A stretch of DNA of 58,949 nt, counting the filler, from Globobulimina sp. (Eukaryota), in assembly GCA_003354225.1 (NCBI GenBank). It is 8 parts of 8 records of this genome, joined end to end, with 100 filler letters (N's around TTAATTAATTAA, not from the genome) between each part and the next. Parts side by side here need not be neighbours in the genome. Positions count along the whole stretch, not along the records: positions 7,393 to 14,682 come from PIVH01000171.1; positions 14,783 to 22,070 come from PIVH01000172.1; positions 22,171 to 29,456 come from PIVH01000173.1; 5 more parts are not named here. One strand, written 5' to 3'. The translations under genes and the position numbers were made by a program. This document shows, one piece after another, positions 11,143-25,300 of the stretch (positions within the stretch are counted from its first letter, which is position 1; every line of letters begins with the position of its first letter). Below the pieces are notes generated by a model. That model was not told where the DNA came from. It ran no database searches and saw nothing but the letters and a program-made list of their open reading frames with translations.

Positions 11143-13968
11143 TCAATTGCTAAGTTTTGCATCATCCTCAACATTCAGAGCCATCATTTCAGTAAATTTC
11201 GAATGTTCCATATCCTCATCGTAGCCACTATCACTCAATTTTGCCACATGAGGCGCGGCATAATGCATCATATCATCCTGATGGCTATCAATCATATCAT
11301 CATTTATAATATCTAACTTAAACGGCAGCACATTGGCCAGATTCGACAACGATTTCGTATCATGTAATATTGCCGTATCGTGTAATATTTCCGTATCAAC
11401 GCTTGCATTCAACAGCGACGCCGATGGATGTCTCCGTATTTCCTTCTTGACTCTGCGTTTCCTTCTCCTTTTCTTATACTTATGCTTTGGCGATTCGTCC
11501 CGAACCGGCGAGTCCACCGTATACAGCGTCAACCTGTGATTCCACCACGACTCTGCTTCATGCAACTCCCACAGCACATGGTCTTTGCCAATAATGTCAA
11601 TCACGCCGTGCTTGAACAGTACGTCCAAAACTTGCGTCTTTAACTTGCATAAAATCAGAGACATTCCAATTTCCTTTCTTTTCAGCTCAATAAAAAAGGA
11701 TTTCAACATCTCCACGCCGGTATAGTCAATATCGTTAACCCCCGAAAAGCACAACGCTAAGCACCACCGTGCGGGGTAATCGTGCGTAGACAAATGGCGT
11801 CCGATTTGTTTGCGTATGCGGGTCTTAAACGAGGCTGTGTTTGCAAAGAAGATGGAAGCGTCCCAGCGGATCATCAGCATATCGCCACGCGTCTGCGCCT
11901 CGGCGTGGTGTTTGACGTTCCTATAAACGATGACGTCGGCATGCGGTATGCGGCCAAGTACACCGTAATGCGGCTTGGCTGCTTTCTGTATAAACAGTAC
12001 GATGGAGGCTGCCACGCCCAGAGCTACGCCGTAATCGATGCCAATGAACAACGTCACCATAATGGTGATCACCATACAGAAGAAATCCTTGCGATTCACC
12101 TTCCAAATCTCACTCATTTTGTGCACGTCGACCAAGTTAATAATCCCCACCAAAACAATGGAACCCAACACCGGTTTCGGCAGAGATTCGAACAGAAATA
12201 ATAAAAACGATGAGATGACCAGCATGCCCACGCCCGCCATGCACGAATATAACGGCGTTAAGGCGCCGGCGGCCTCGACCACGGTGGCTAGCGACAGCAC
12301 GCCGGAAACGGGGTAGATTTGGAACCAACAGCCGACTAAGTTGCAGATGCCCAACGCGATCAACTCCTGCGAGGCGTCGATGGAATAATCGTGTTTGTCG
12401 GCGAATTTCGTAGCCACTGCGATGGACTCAATGAAGGACAGCACTGTGATTAAGATGGCCGGCACCCACAAGTCCCAGAAATCCTGCGTGTCTACGTGGG
12501 CGAAGAAGTTCAAGAATGAGGGCAAGCCTTTGGGTAATTCGCCCACTACGTCCCACTCAGTGGAGTCGCCGAGCGACCACGAAATGGTGGTACAGACCAC
12601 CACGAGGATCAAGGCAGACGGCACGAACTTGACATAGACGCAGGCGCCTTCCAAGGTTTTTGACTGCTGCCAGTACCGCATTATTAACAGGAACACAATG
12701 CAGAACAGGCCCAACCAGACACTGTCTAAATGCGTTTCTGAGATGTTCCGAAAGAATGATATCAATTTTGAGACGACTTCCTCTCCGCCGCCCACTTCGA
12801 ATCGAAATATGAACTGTAACTGGCTGATTGCGATCAGAATAGCCGCAGCAAAGGTAAACCCTACGATGACTGGTTCGGCCAACATGTTTGCTAAAATGCC
12901 TGCTTTGCAAAGCCCGGCGACCAGACACATAACACCTGAAATTGTACAGTTTCAATTGTGAGGCTGCGGCACTTTTGTTTCTCGCAACGATCCGAAATAT
13001 GCACGTTCAAACATAATTTATTAATATCCAGCATAATAATAAATATATTTGAACATATGTCAGATCGCTACGCGTTTTTCGAGATTGCCTGCGAATCTCA
13101 AGGTGGCTGGATTGATTTTTCCGTTTTTTAGTTTAAAATTCCGCATCAAAAACAAATTTTAAACTAATGGGGATTTAAATTTTAAAATAGAGCAACATAC
13201 CAACTTGGAAAGCCAACGCGGAGCCATATGCTGCCATTTTTATTTGTACGGCAGGGTCGGAGTGGTCTACGTGGTTTCCTTTGTCATTAATGATAAAATA
13301 TCTATGCAATGATTCCTTTGTCATTAATGATACGATGGCTACGGGTGCGACTATCAGCTGTCCACTTGTACCAAATGGACCGTATAAACAATGGCCGATC
13401 AATGCAGAGTAGAGACCGTATATAGGCTGAAGACCTTTTGTTGTTTGTATACGGTATTTTACATACATACATTATACACTTTACAATTACATTACATACC
13501 GGCGACCAACGCATAACCCATTCCTTGAGGTATTACCATAACAACCGCAGTGATTGCGGCCACTAAATCTGAGGCGAACCATGCTTTCCATTTATATTTT
13601 GGCAGCCAATATGCAATCGGTAGATGGATTTTCCATTTGTCTTTATCACTGCGATGAGGGATTAACCGAAATTCGTCTTGGTTTGGACTGTGTTTATGCT
13701 CATATTCATCCGCTATGTCATCGGGTGCGGCGTCTCCGCCAAAATATGGGGCTGAACTCTCTGGATCATACACTTCTTCATCTGAAGATTCTATGCCTCG
13801 GATCGACAGTAATTTGGAGTCTGACCAATTCGACCGTGATAATCTGGAGGTTATTTTGAATGTGACAGATTCTTCAATGTGTGGCTGTTTGTCATCTGCG
13901 GTTTTTGTTTCTAGTGGGACTCCTTCTTGTCCTGCAATCGGTCGAATCGGAGCCTGAGTGTTTGCCAT
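11143..13968 (-). CDS. SulP/SLC26 sulfate/anion transporter with STAS domain; exons 13968-13500, 13434-13201, 12935-11143
   Basis: DLVAAIT...IPQGMGYALVAGLQPIYGLYS, FGTSGQL, QELIALG, STAS-like IFFANT and VNDIDYTG. Two phase-1 GTATGT..AG introns join the three ORFs. Confidence 0.95.
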
Positions 13969-14416
13969 TATTGGATGACTACGTGTGTCGTAGTTTATTT
14001 TCTGTGCAGTAAAAACTGTGTCAAAAACAAAACTTGTGTTCTCGGACACACTTTTTGCCAAACGTAAATCATTAAAGTGTACATATCTTTTCGAATATAT
14101 CGTTAAAATGTACATACAAAAAAAAATAATCTGTAATAATGTCAGCAACACAACAAAACAACATTGCACACTGATATAATATACATAAACATCTCGTTCT
14201 CTTCGAAACGATTGTTTCACAGATCGAAGGTTGAATATGTGAAGTGACTTTAAAGTTTTTGTGTGTGTTTGATTTAGAAACTTTCAAAACTTTTTCTTTT
14301 ACTCCTGACAACGAGGGAGTACACACACACACTTTTTACATTTATCGATACATACAACTAAAAGTAAGAAAAATAAATACAAGTACAAGTAATTAGACGT
14401 AGAATAAGTAAGTACA

Positions 14417-14682
14417 ATGTCAGGAGCGTTGACGACCATATCGCGTTTGACACAGCAAGGATATAAAGACATGGCGCGTTCTGCAGCGGGTATTGTTGCC
14501 ACTGAGTGGATTGCCAATGGCGTTCTCTTTTTTCCTACATGTTACAATATTTGTGATTGGGGTGACGCAGTTGATGACGAGCGACCATCTCGCAAACGAC
14601 ATTTAGTATTAACCACTCCCGAGGCGCGCCTTGCTATTCGTAATCGATTGAAGCCTTTCTTTGTTCGATTGCAGGGTTCTGA
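14417..14682 (+). CDS. Hypothetical protein, 3'-truncated by contig end
   Basis: ATG-initiated frame open to the contig end, with higher GC than the upstream intergenic DNA. No recognisable motif. Confidence 0.5.
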
Positions 14683-14782
14683 NNNNNNNNNNNNNNNNNN
14701 NNNNNNNNNNNNNNNNNNNNNNNNNNTTAATTAATTAANNNNNNNNNNNNNNNNNNNNNNNNNNNNNNNNNNNNNNNNNNNN
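14683..14782. other. Artificial contig spacer
   Basis: 44 N + TTAATTAATTAA + 44 N. Confidence 0.99.
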
Positions 14783-15010
14783 ATTAGTAACACTTGGTAT
14801 TTTATGTATGAATGTTGAGAATAAGTTAGATCTAAAAAAAAAAATATAAAATTGGAAACGATAATGAGTGCAATGTGGTGTGGGAAATAATTGAAAAGAA
14901 ACCGGTTATATATGAAACCGGTTATTAAATGTTTTTTTTTTAATTTTATTTTATAAGTTTTCTGAAGTTCAGAATAAGTTTTTTAGACTGTACATGTTCA
15001 GAAAAGCACA

Positions 15011-18000
15011 ATGGACTGTTCAAGCCGTAAACAAAAGAAAACCCCACGCGAATACCAAAGAAAATCGTATGAAGCCACCAAAAGCTGCAATACAATCATT
15101 AGTTTAGATACAGGTTTAGGAAAGACACTGATCGCATGTTTATTGATAGAAAACGAATTAAAATCGATGGGTATGAACTCGAATGATGGATTAAATAAAC
15201 TGATAATCTTCTTAGCGCCGCAGGTGCCATTGGTGGAGCAACAAGCTCGCGTCATCGCACACGAAGTGCCTGCCTCAATCGTGCGTAAATTGCACGGCCA
15301 AATGCATTTGTCGCACAACGACTGGTCGGCCTACGAATGGCACCAATATCTGAGCAAAGGCGGCAACGTATTCGTAATGACACCCTCCATATTCAATAAT
15401 ATGTTGATTCACGGTCACATTCGCATGAAGCATGTCAGTTTGATAATATTTGACGAATGCCACCATATAAGCAGCAGAGACGAGTACCGACTGATTATGG
15501 AATATCATTATAACCGATGCCTTCCCATACATCAACGACCGAAAATATTTGGTATGTCTGCGCCACTCATTAAAGGCACCAGCAATGTCCACAAAATCAA
15601 GCATAAAATCAATGAGTTGTCGCTTGTATTAAATTGCAATGTGTTCAGTCCCAAAAGCAAGGATATCAGCCACCATTTGGTGTCGCCAGAGGTGGAATAT
15701 ATTACTTATCCTTCGTACGACATTGATCCCTCTCGTTTTGAATATGTATGGCCGTCAGATCCTGGCTTAAATGAGGAGCGATGGGAAAAGGAACAGGATC
15801 ATTTCTACCGAGTATTGGATGAATTGGGCGAAAGAGCTGCCGTCATTGCTTTGGATATATTCATTAAAACGGATGAAAAGAATACATATTTACACAGCTT
15901 TCCAATGGAGAAAATCATTCACGACCAATTATTGAAGAAAGAGTATCAAATTAATTTGGATTATCAAAATAAAAAGAAAATATTGAAAAAGAATTGGTAT
16001 TATTTCAAAAAGAAATATATGAAAAAGGATATCAACAAACAGCAATTGACAGTGTATAATGATGAGTTAGCTCTGAATAAACCTATTAATTTGCAGCCAT
16101 TGTTTGGCGAATTGGAACATAATGAAAATAAAGCAAGCAATCAACAGCAAAAACCATCACATTTAATATCAGCTGAAAAACCAAAATATTCTGAATTGAA
16201 AAGCATGCAGAAAAGCAGCAAAAGTAAAATAAAAAGTTTTGTTATATTTTTGCTTTTTTGCTTCTTTGTGTTGCAAGCTATGATATAATTAATTTAATTA
16301 AGGATTGAAATCGACCAAATCTAATCGTCAAAAATTACAAACTTGGATTGAAACATTAAATAATAGCAATGCAATGGAATCTGAATTGAGATATTTTAGT
16401 TTGTCGCCAAAATGCATTGCTGTATTCAATATATTGTATAATGAGATTGACCGAGTCGGAAAGGCTGAGTTTAAGACTTTAATACTCGTTCAAAGGCGCA
16501 AAGTGGCGCAGATATTAAGTATTTTGATCAATCAGTCACCGTTACCCATCAGCTCTGATTTTTTAATCTCTTCCATCTGCAAAGGTGGGGCCATGAACGC
16601 AAAGATAAGCTCTCCGCAGCAAAAGGACAGATTGTGCAGGTTTTATATGACAGAGAATGACAATTTGGACCGCATCGATGTGTTGGTAGCCACCTCATTG
16701 TTGGAGGAGGGCTTAGATGTTCCATCCTGTAAATTGGTGGTAAAATTCAATGAAACCATCTCATCCAAACAGGATATTCAATGCAAAGGGCGAGCCAGAC
16801 ACAGTAATTCGAGATATATCCATCTGATACATGAGGATGATGAATATCGACAGACTCAAAAGTTAAAAAAATATAAAAAGTTCCAAGAAAATGTAGAACA
16901 GCAAATCAGCGAAAAGAAAAGTAACAATTTATTTGATAAGACTCAAAATGCAGTTGTTTTAGATCCGAATGTGTATGATCGAGGTTTGTACATTGCAGCA
17001 ACGCAAGCTTTCATATTTGAAAAAGTAGCATTGCTCAAATTGCATGAGATATATAATCGGCATGATTTTGAATTAAATTGTGAGCTTCCTTGGGAATCGT
17101 TTGCTGAATCTCCATTTAGTAAAAATAATTTTGAACAGCTTATATTTTGCGGCATTTGTGGAGTGTGGAAAGTAGATAAATTTACCTATGATAATAGAAT
17201 GGATACTGATGATGGGAAATGCCGGTTAATTATTAAAAGAATCAAGGATTCGGATCAAAGTATGGAGGGAATATTCTTTGTCACAAATGAGAAATACGAA
17301 GAGCAATATAAACGGTATAAAATATGCAAACGACAACGAAGAAAGAATGACAATGAACGTGTTGTATTGCCAGCATTGCCTGATAAATTTGGCGAAATCC
17401 ATCTAAAATATAAGACTGCCAACAAAATGGAGATTAAATTTATTGAAAAGAATGAGAATAATGTGATACATTCGGGCGTGATCTCAGAGGATCGGAATGG
17501 TATTCTTATCGATGATATTGTGTCATTGTCAAAGCTTGAAAGTGTGGATAAATTGAACCGTGATCCAAATGCATATGCTTGTACTTATAAATTGATATTA
17601 AAGTTAAGAGACATTCCACAAAGTTTTATAAATAATAGGACACAAAATGAGAGAGCAAAACGATGGGTGAATAATAAATTGGATATGGACAAAATATGTA
17701 ATGTGTTGGGTGTAGAAAGAGAATGTATTCAAAGTCATACTAAAATTATTAGTGATATGGCCGTGTCGTTTATGGTATGTTTATGGAGAAAAGCAAATAT
17801 TAATAATGATATTATAAATGATGGGGAATTAATAAAAACAAAGCAAATGTTATCCAGTTTACAAAATAAAATAAGTTCGGATCAATGTGATTGGAAAGAA
17901 ATGGATGTATTGTTTGTAAGTAATTTATTGGATCAATTTAAGGAAATATTTGGTGATGATGCCAAAATATATATAAATAAAACGGAAGCAAAGTTTTTAC

Positions 18001-21000
18001 ACATTGTAAGCTATAAATTGCCGCATTATCTTCGGAACAGAAAGCAAGAAAATGATATTCCAGTTTGGGTGAAACAGAAATGCAAAAATATAATGTTTGC
18101 TGATGATAAATATAAATATGAGATTTCCACATTTCAGGAATGTTTCCCAAGCAAAAGATCCATACTTTGTGAGTTTAATATTTCTGGACTGCGATTGGAA
18201 AAAAGTGAATTTGAGGATCGATTGGATTTATTACGACGAGAATTTATCAAAACATTCGGTTTTATCCATTTATATTTGCGCGGACAGTCAAATTGGAAAA
18301 AATCAAACAAACAAAAGCATGCCGCCTATAAATATGATAAGTTGTACCAACAATGCGTGACATTGCCAAAATTGAGTGAATTTTATCATCATTTGCCGCA
18401 AATAACTATCACCGGAGATATTCGATTCAATTTTAAATCATCGCGAGACAGCGTGGCATTTAAAGCCATAAAACATTTATATTGCCATGGCATATTAGAT
18501 GAGAATTTGCGAGTTGTTGGGAGACGGAAAGCACTGCGGCCAATGTCAATGATGGGCACAAATTGCTGTGTAATGGAGACCATATATCATAGCAATATTA
18601 AACCGTACGCATTCCAAGTATTTAAGGGAGGATCTTTGCAGTTTGTGGATCATTTACATTCCATTTCCTTCATAGATAATGATAATAAGACCGTTTTGTA
18701 TGGCTGGGGCTTATTATTAAGTCAACCCATTCGACAAAACATTGCCTTTTATATCTATCCCCGAGATATGAATTGGATCAATATTGACAGTGTGCAGTCG
18801 AATCAGTCAACAAAGAAATGGAAAGTTGAAATAAAATATGTCAAAGAATACGATCGGACCAAAGAATTTGATGCAATGCGCTTGTGCTATCACACAAATC
18901 TAATGAGTTTGTTGGGATATAATGACAGCATAAACTATAACTGCAGTGATAAAAATTGTGTGGTGGTGCCTTTGCGTGATAGGGATATCAATTTAAAACG
19001 AATGGAGAAGATTCTATTAAATCCATGGTCTGACTTTGTCAATGTTGACATTATGTTTTTATGGGGGAAAGAATTGACACTTTGTCTGGTAAACGAGCAT
19101 AAAAAGGAAATAATTTCGTTAATATCATCGCGTAACGGCAATGAGAGCAGAATCGAATTGATGGAAGAAATAGATTCATTGCCCTGTGTCACACCAAACG
19201 TGGCAGCAAAATGGAATATTGATAAGGAGACAAGAATTATTATGATTAAGTTTGTGAGCACAGTGAACCAAGAAAATGAGAAATATATTCCAATGAATCG
19301 AACTCGAACAACAACATGGAAGACGCAAGAAAATCAGAATGATAATTGCAAGAAACGTGTGTATAAAATGTCGAAAGCGGAAAGTGTACAACGTATTGGA
19401 TATTGTATCAAATTGAAAACTGAAAAATTGAAGAAAGTGTTGTCTTATTCAGGAAATGATTTGCGTTTTATGGTAAGTCATAGGGACGAAAATATGATAC
19501 AATCTCATAAATGGAAACAATTAAATCATATTATTGCAGACACAGAGACAGATGGTGACATATCGCAGTTTGTGGTGCGTAATGAATCGACAAACTCATA
19601 TTATACAGATTTACATCCAACAAATCTATGTTTAAAATCGCAAATTGGCGCTGGTTATTCGTATTTGGATTGCATCAAAAATAAAACAAATATAAATGAA
19701 TTGGAGCACAAAATGGATGAAAATGAATTGTTATATTCCGCGGCTGCGCTGCCATTACGCCCCAAAGATGCGACCATTAGACACCACATAAAATTAAAGC
19801 GACAGAAAGCAAAACGAGAGAGTGGATTGTTAATAGCACCGCAGCTCTGTCGTATTGTTCCAGTTTCAAAAAAAGAATTGTTTTTCTCTCGTTATTTGTG
19901 TTGCAGTTTGTGGAAGTTTGAGAAATTATTACTGCTCTCAGATTTTGCCTGTTTGTTGCAAGAATACATTGGCATTCAATATAATATTTATTTGCTATAT
20001 CAATGCTGTTCATTGCCGTCAACTGACATGATATTACATGCCGGTATTGGTCGGATATATTTCTTTGGGGATCAGATCATAAAATATTGTGCTTCGCTCG
20101 AAGCCTATTCGACGCGCAAAGAACTGAATGAAATGGAATTGACTCGTTTTGTGCATCATAGTGTGTCGAATAACAATTTATGTGATAAGACAAAGCAGCA
20201 TAAATATTTGGGATATTTAATAAGCAAAGAATTTGATGCCAGAAAATATGAAATTACAAATTTTTCATCCTGTGATGAAACCGATTATTATCGTGTTACA
20301 AGAAAATCCATTGCCGATATTGTCGAAGCTATGGTGGCGGCCACCTTTTATAATGATTTTATTTTCAATTCAAAAGCATTAAAACTGGACATTATCGATG
20401 AACCATTTGGCAAATTAAATTTTAATGACATGGCCATTGGTGATTGCAATGCAATGGGTCAATGCCGAGAATTTATTAATCATTTATTAGAATTTACATT
20501 TTATCAACAACCCGAATATCCCGTCATTGCTTTAGTTTTGTCGCAAGAAATTAAATTCACTGCGGATTGTGAATTGAAACAAATATTGGATACCTTGGAG
20601 AAAATAAAGGAATGTATGATGGAGGAAGAAGAAGAGGAAAATGAGTGTGATGAGTTTGTATGGACAGACAATGCGATTGAAATATTATTTCATTTAAATC
20701 TATGCCAACATAGCACCAGTAAGGAAGTGGAAGATGTAATATTTGAGATTCATCATAATTGCATATCGAAACAATGGGATATGGAAAATTTAAAATTGTT
20801 ATCACTTTTGAACAAAGTTAGAAAATGTATTAAAAAACAGGAACAGTTTAATTTAATGAATTTGAAACCAAAAAATGAGATTTATGATAAAAAGGTTTAT
20901 GAATTAGAATATTGCACAAATGGCCTGCAATCCATTGGGGAGCAAAAAGATGAAGAAAAGTATGAGGAAATGACGCAAATGAAAGCAAATCCAAATATAT

Positions 21001-21908
21001 TTATTCCGGCTTGTATAAGAAATAAGAAATTTGGATATGAATTATATGAAAATATCATTAATTTCTATAACAAACATTGTGTTTTATCTGACGATGAATC
21101 AACGAAATCATTATTGAAATGTGCAATCTATAAATGCATATCGCATTTATTTGTTTGCCAAACAGCAAAAGAGATAATATTTTATAGGAATAACTTTGAG
21201 ATTGGAGATGTTGAGCAAGTAATCAATAAATTGAATATCCTCTGTGCTGATGATGCATTTCCTGTGTTTTTATTGCGGGAAAGATATCGGAGCGAAGGAA
21301 TTGAACTGATTTTAAAATATAAATTCAATCGAAAAGATTTAATATTTGCAGCAACCACACATTCCGCACTAAATATAAAAAAGAAGTCATTTTGCAATTA
21401 TCAAAGGTTAGAGTTTATTGGTGATGCCGCCATCGGTTTCTGTGTCACCCAATATTTATTCCAAACATTCATCAAATTTGAACAAGGCCGCTTATCGCAT
21501 TCGAGAGCCGCCCTGGTTTGCAATCATTATTTATCACGAAAACTGATGAGAAGATTTAAAAGATATAATTTGGACATTCAAAAATATGTAACTGTAATCT
21601 CAAGGGACAGAGCCGATTTATGTCAATATATTGGCAGTTTTGATTATGATATGGATGATTTTGAATTTTGTTTGAAGTTATTAACAGTGTCAAAAATGAA
21701 ACAGCCATATTGTGCTAAAATATTTGCAGATGTTTATGAAGCATTGGTTGGGGCCATTTTAATTGACACAAATGGTAATTTACAAAGTGTTTGGAATGTA
21801 ATTGGAAATGATTTCAAATTGAATGAATCGCAAATCCATCTCATCAATAAAAAATATGCAGAATCACAAATGATACAGGACCAACTTTCAAGACTTATAA
21901 ATAAATAA
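15011..21908 (+). CDS. Dicer-like protein (DExH helicase, DUF283, PAZ-like, two RNase III domains); exons 15011-16223, 16303-21908 (~2272 aa)
   Basis: LDTGLGKT, FDECHH, TSLLEEGLDVPSC, QCKGRAR; DUF283-like SVAFKAIKHLYCHGILDENL; RNase IIIa GRIYFFGD..ADIVEA; RNase IIIb QRLEFIGD..ADVYEALVGAILID. A phase-1 intron 16224-16302 joins the two ORFs. Confidence 0.93.
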
Positions 21909-22070
21909 ATTGTTGTTCGTTTGAATTGTTTATTGTTGTAAAATTAATATAAACCAGTTTTTAAACCAAAAAAATGCTTAAACTACAGAAACTGTCACTG
22001 TTTTATTTTGATGTAATACGGCATATTGAAGTCATTGCATTTCTCAATTTTATATGTTGCAGAATCAAAG

Positions 22071-22170
22071 NNNNNNNNNNNNNNNNNNNNNNNNNNNNNN
22101 NNNNNNNNNNNNNNTTAATTAATTAANNNNNNNNNNNNNNNNNNNNNNNNNNNNNNNNNNNNNNNNNNNN
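22071..22170. other. Artificial contig spacer
   Basis: 44 N + TTAATTAATTAA + 44 N. Confidence 0.99.
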
Positions 22171-22362
22171 ATTATAATTACCATAATTATCCAACATACT
22201 CTATTCTATACAATGTATTGGCAAAGAAAGAGCATTGAAATGATACATTTTTTAGCTATCCAACCCCGCCATACTACGCACGCCCACCAATATATAATAG
22301 GACGTCACATGTCTTAATTTTAAGCCTTGCTTCAAATTAAGCAAAAAAAGTTTCAAGCAGTA

Positions 22363-25300
22363 ATGTTCAGCAACTTTTCGTCGGTCAAAAATGTGCTATC
22401 AAATCCAACCGATATGCAGAATATTGGATTATTGCGTCAACCCACACGAGAACGGAGAGCAACTGTACGTTTAAAGAAAGTGACAAATGTTCATGTTGTA
22501 TTCACTGGCTATTTATTCATGAGATCCAAAGGCGGCGTCCACAAACAATATTACTTTGTATTAACGGAAGAATCATTGACATTTTATCGTAAAAAAAACG
22601 ACTCGCGAGCTAAGGGAGAGATTTCCTTACCAGTAAAAATAGTGCAACTCGCAAACTATGCACAAAAAAATGCATTTCAAGTCATCCCACTCAAATTTGA
22701 TAAATATCAGTATGAGTTTGTGGAAAACAGTGATGAATCCATTCTTTTGTATGCCGACACCGCCTCATTGGAAAAGGAGTGGTCCTCGAAAATGCAATCG
22801 ATAACACAAAAGATTATGGAACCATACATATTTCCAGACGCGATCGATGATGATGGCGATGCGGAGGTTGCCAATGATTTCAATGCGACGCAGCAAAGAA
22901 TGCACGACAAATTGAGCTCGATGTTGGAGAATAATTATTTCAATTTGTCCTCTTCGAAAAGCAAATGGAGATCGAGCTTATCGCTCCGGGGCTTAACCTC
23001 TGAGGACACGGATATCAATGAATTGAATCGGGGGCTACGTATTGGCGAAATATCGGCGGCGGACAACAACAAAAATAGCATACTGAGTGCGTCCTGTTTG
23101 GCTGTGCATAATCAGCACAATTTAATGTGTGTCGGGGCGCGACCAGCCGCAGACAATGCGAATAATGGCTTGCTGAGCATTTACAACGTAACCATTGATT
23201 CGACCGACGATGACGACCACGATCTAAACCTCGTCAAAGAGTGGCAAATCTCGGATGGCATCGTCTCCATTGATTGGCGCGAGAACGTGTTGTTAGTGTC
23301 GACCACCGAAGGCAGAGTCTATTATTATCAGATTGATTATGACGCCGCCTCTCAGCAATGCTACTTAGTGGCACATAATGAACACAACCCGTCGGAGCCG
23401 GTGATTTATACTCATTCCACGCTGCAACAGCACAGCAAATATACCTTGTTATCGGCGCCCGGCTCTTGGATGCATTCCCTGCGCATAAACAGCGTGAAGA
23501 TATCCTGCATGGCCAAACCGGACTGTTTCCTGTGTATTGAAAACGAGTCCTTTCATTTGTGGAGTTTGGACAGCCGCGGCAATAATGGCCGTCCGGTGTA
23601 CTCTCAAAAAGCGTCCACTTCGCCCTTATTCGCGATTGAGTGGAACCCGCATCATAACCATCAATTTATGGTTGCCGGAGTCTCCTCAAACTTAAAGATT
23701 ATCGATACGCGCGAACTGACCAACAATCCGTCAAAATCCGTGCCATGGAAAATGAAGAAGGCGCACTGCCATACAATCACCAATATTTCATGGAATTTGT
23801 TGGTGGAATATTGGATCGCCACGGCATCGCACGACGGCTGCGTCAAAATATGGGACACGCGCTACAATTCGGGGCCAGTTCGCTCGCTGTTGGCCCATAA
23901 CAATGTGGTAAACACTGTGAAATGGAGCGAGTCGCACTGCGAGCTGCTAATCAGTGGCAGCGACGATCGGAGCATGAAATTATGGAATTTGCGCTCTCCG
24001 ACCTGTTCTCCGCACTATTTGTTGTATTCGCACTTATTCGCAAACCCTGTGATTGGCTGCGGATATTCGGCCAAACGGCCAATGCAATTTTTTGGTTTGT
24101 CCTCTGGCGGCGAATTGCAGTCAGTCGAGTTGACGGATAATTTTGTTGCGGATTTCGTGCCGCATCGGTTTACGGAGAAGAGCTTTGAAAAACGGCTGGA
24201 TGCCAATGTGAATGAAGAAGATTTGGAAGAGAAGAAATCGGACTTTGCGGCGGCCCGCAACATCGAATTAATGATTTATATGCGAGATATGGAGAGTGCC
24301 CACCGAGCCATCCCCGCATTGGCAGACAAACAATGGTTTGGCGGCAATTACGAGGCAGCTCAGGATTTATTGAATTCAGTCTCGACGGTCGGCTTCCAAT
24401 CCACTTTAAGTAAATACCATAAACAATACAATTTCGACGAGATGTTGAATAAAATCGCGCCTTTTTACCATCCGTTGTGTGTCGTATTAAGCCGCGCGAA
24501 TCAATGCGATGTGGCATTGTGCGAACAGATGAAACTACGAATGTTTATTCGCAAAGTCTTAAACAAAAAGGAATGGCGCAAACTGCTAATTATGAAAGAC
24601 AAGATATTCAAACACTTGCTGGAAATGGGAGAGTTGGACAATAATTTAATTGTTTCCATCATCAAATTGTTAAAGAAATATTCGTATATTGATGCTTGTA
24701 AATGGTGCATTGATGCGGCTGAGCTGTATTACAAAAATAAGAAATATTCGCTATTTTTGCCCATTGCCGTCTCGTTGTTATATCCCACCATTTACCACTT
24801 TGCGGATAAAAACATTGTGAAATCGCCCGATTTATCCTTATTACGCAAATCTGCACATATTTTGGACCGCAAATTGCGAGATTATGAATATATGCGATGG
24901 CAATTAAACTTATTGTTGTCTTTGAATGAATGTTTGGAGCAACAGCAATACGACGAAGTGAGTATAAATATTATCAAAGTATGGGAGAGTTTTGCGGCCC
25001 AAAAGAGGGAAATAAATGTGGATGAAAGCCGGACCTCAATCACCTTAAATATTGATGCCAATGCAGAGAGTGTCCATTATTCAGTCCTTAGTCAGACTGC
25101 GTATCGATTATATTTCAACGCATTGTTAGCGGAGGGACATTGTGATACATTTTTCATTGAATGCACGCAATTATCGCATCGCCACAAAGGGTATGAGATA
25201 TCGTATATTATCACAGATATGATGGACAACGAAGGCTATAATGAGCTGCATTTATATTTAGAAAGTCAGCTAAATGACCAGTTGGATGACATTAATAATA

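Noticed and set aside
7576-12961. Plus-strand ORFs overlapping the PPase and SulP genes
   Set aside because: Antisense shadows of GC-richer conserved coding sequence.
1-22070. Retrotransposon and Dicer as a linked silencing locus
   Set aside because: They lie on different contigs joined artificially.
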